From assembly GCA_963662465.1 (NCBI GenBank), contig OY759599.1, forward strand, positions 4,864,001-4,928,000: a DNA stretch of 64,000 bases, given 5' to 3'. The translations under genes were made by a program, and so were the position numbers. The stretch's first letter is position 1; each line of letters starts with the position of its first letter. The stretch comes from Desulfatiglandales bacterium. GTDB taxonomy: Bacteria > Desulfobacterota > DSM-4660 > Desulfatiglandales > Desulfatiglandaceae. Below the pieces are notes generated by a model, which ran no database searches, was not told where the DNA came from, and saw nothing but the letters and a program-made list of their open reading frames with translations. Of the stretch, positions 62,882 through 64,000 are shown one piece after another.

Positions 62882-62934
62882 GTCTAACGATGCGAGCATT
62901 TTCTCTATTTTCGGTGTGCTGACCGTTGTTATTT
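62882..62934 (-). mobile_element. short attC-like site upstream of hicBA
   Basis: minus strand AAATAAC-AACGGTCAGCA ... TGCTCGCATC-GTTAGAC; GTTRRRY R' box and TAAC R'' with partial stem. Confidence 0.35.
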
Positions 62935-63126
62935 GAATCTCCTTAAAGTCAGCAAACCATAAGTTTTATACTATCACCATCTGCGAACAACATGTCAAGA
63001 GAGATGGTGGGTGAAAATAACGGAGGCTTTTCCTTTTTTCAGAGGCGAACCCGGTCTCGTGCCCTTTTGAGCAGCCAGGCGGGGGGGGGGATGGAAAATT
63101 ATCATTGCGGAAGGCTTGAAAAATGC

Positions 63127-63155
63127 TTGACATTTTCTTCATAACTTGCTAGTTC
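63127..63155 (+). promoter_or_regulatory. putative sigma70 promoter of the porin-like gene
   Basis: TTGACA-17 bp-TAGTTC with TG extension. Confidence 0.45.
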
Positions 63156-63318
63156 CCTGTGACAAAGCATCAGTATGGATATTTATGATCAAAAGGCGGC
63201 TTCCTAAGAAGCCACATTTTATTGAAGAAAGGGGGCGATATTCAAGACGATCTTTCGAAATGCGGTGTTTTTTTCAAAGTTTAACCCGGAACAATTCTTT
63301 TTTTAGGAGGAGAGAGTA

Positions 63319-64000
63319 ATGAAGAAGCTATTTATTGTTGGGATTGCAGCGCTGTTGTTGGTTGCTTTTACAGTGCCCGCCATGGCTAAAGTGAAGATGG
63401 GTGGTATTATCTTTACGGATTTATATTATCTGGACAGGGATGCGAATAACTCCAGAGCCTGGGGTACAGGGGATGACCCTTATCAGGTGACCACTATTCA
63501 GGTGCCGAATATTACCCGGCTGTACGGCAGATGGACTAACGAAGACAATGTTGGCATGTACATTGAGCTGGGTATTGGTCAGGTTACTGGTGGTGTTGAC
63601 CCTGTCAGTGGTGGACCTGAACAAGATGACGGCGTTAGGCTGAGACACGCCTATGGCTGGTGGGATATAACCCCCCAATTCCAAATCATGGCCGGTAAAT
63701 CCACCACGCCCTTTTCACCCTTGGATCCTTCTCAGTTGATGGGTACCCGCTCCGGGTCCGTCAATATCATCGGCGTGGGATATGGTAACTACTATTCCGG
63801 TCGTTTTGCACAGTTACGGGGTGAATTTAAATTTGGAAAAATGGGGCGTGTGGCCATTGCTCTGGTAGACCCCAATGGTACTGTTCGAATGCAGACGAAT
63901 GCCTACCAGAACTTTTTTCCTTATGATCAGGTCCAAGTAGGTACAAATCCGGATGGTACTGCGCGTTACGCCGCACTTAGCACTGACTACCAGAACAACA
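63319..64000 (+). CDS. outer-membrane porin-like beta-barrel protein (5' part, runs off window; absent from the ORF track)
   Basis: AGGAGG RBS; MKKLFIVGIAALLLVAFTVPAMA signal; KVKMGG..., TRLYGRW, GMYIELG, LRHAYGWW...QIMAGK porin-type motifs. Confidence 0.8.
   Translation, partial: MKKLFIVGIAALLLVAFTVPAMAKVKMGGIIFTDLYYLDRDANNSRAWGTGDDPYQVTTIQVPNITRLYGRWTNEDNVGMYIELGIGQVTGGVDPVSGGPEQDDGVRLRHAYGWWDITPQFQIMAGKSTTPFSPLDPSQLMGTRSGSVNIIGVGYGNYYSGRFAQLRGEFKFGKMGRVAIALVDPNGTVRMQTNAYQNFFPYDQVQVGTNPDGTARYAALSTDYQNN

Noticed and set aside
63421..63684. 87-aa minus-strand ORF
   Set aside because: Antisense to the porin-like gene, which has a strong RBS and signal peptide

Overview
Bacterial chromosomal window. 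Gene content and order (rho-rpmE-prfA-prmC, CarD, DUF1844-ispE-tRNA-Gln-prs-rplY-pth, class II RNR, membrane PPase) suggest an anaerobic deltaproteobacterium (Desulfobacterota-like); this is inference. Core parts are an acetate/propionate activation and uptake cluster (6-8556), M16 protease/nrdJ, purD, a kamA-purA-mnmG operon and a translation/housekeeping block (47211-60075). Accessory parts are: (i) a ~14.5 kb envelope island (29926-44291) with an exported caspase-family protease, four CsgG/FlgO/DUF799-fold proteins, a MacAB-TolC-type exporter and two pairs of paralogous secreted proteins, one pair with a conserved N-terminal module and swapped C-termini; (ii) three toxin-antitoxin loci, two next to attC-like hairpins; (iii) three tandem membrane-anchored coiled-coil paralogues with 3, 6 and 13 VDKRFEQ heptads. 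A tRNA-Gln lies entirely inside the ispE reading frame. Domain calls come from motif recognition by eye, not database searches.
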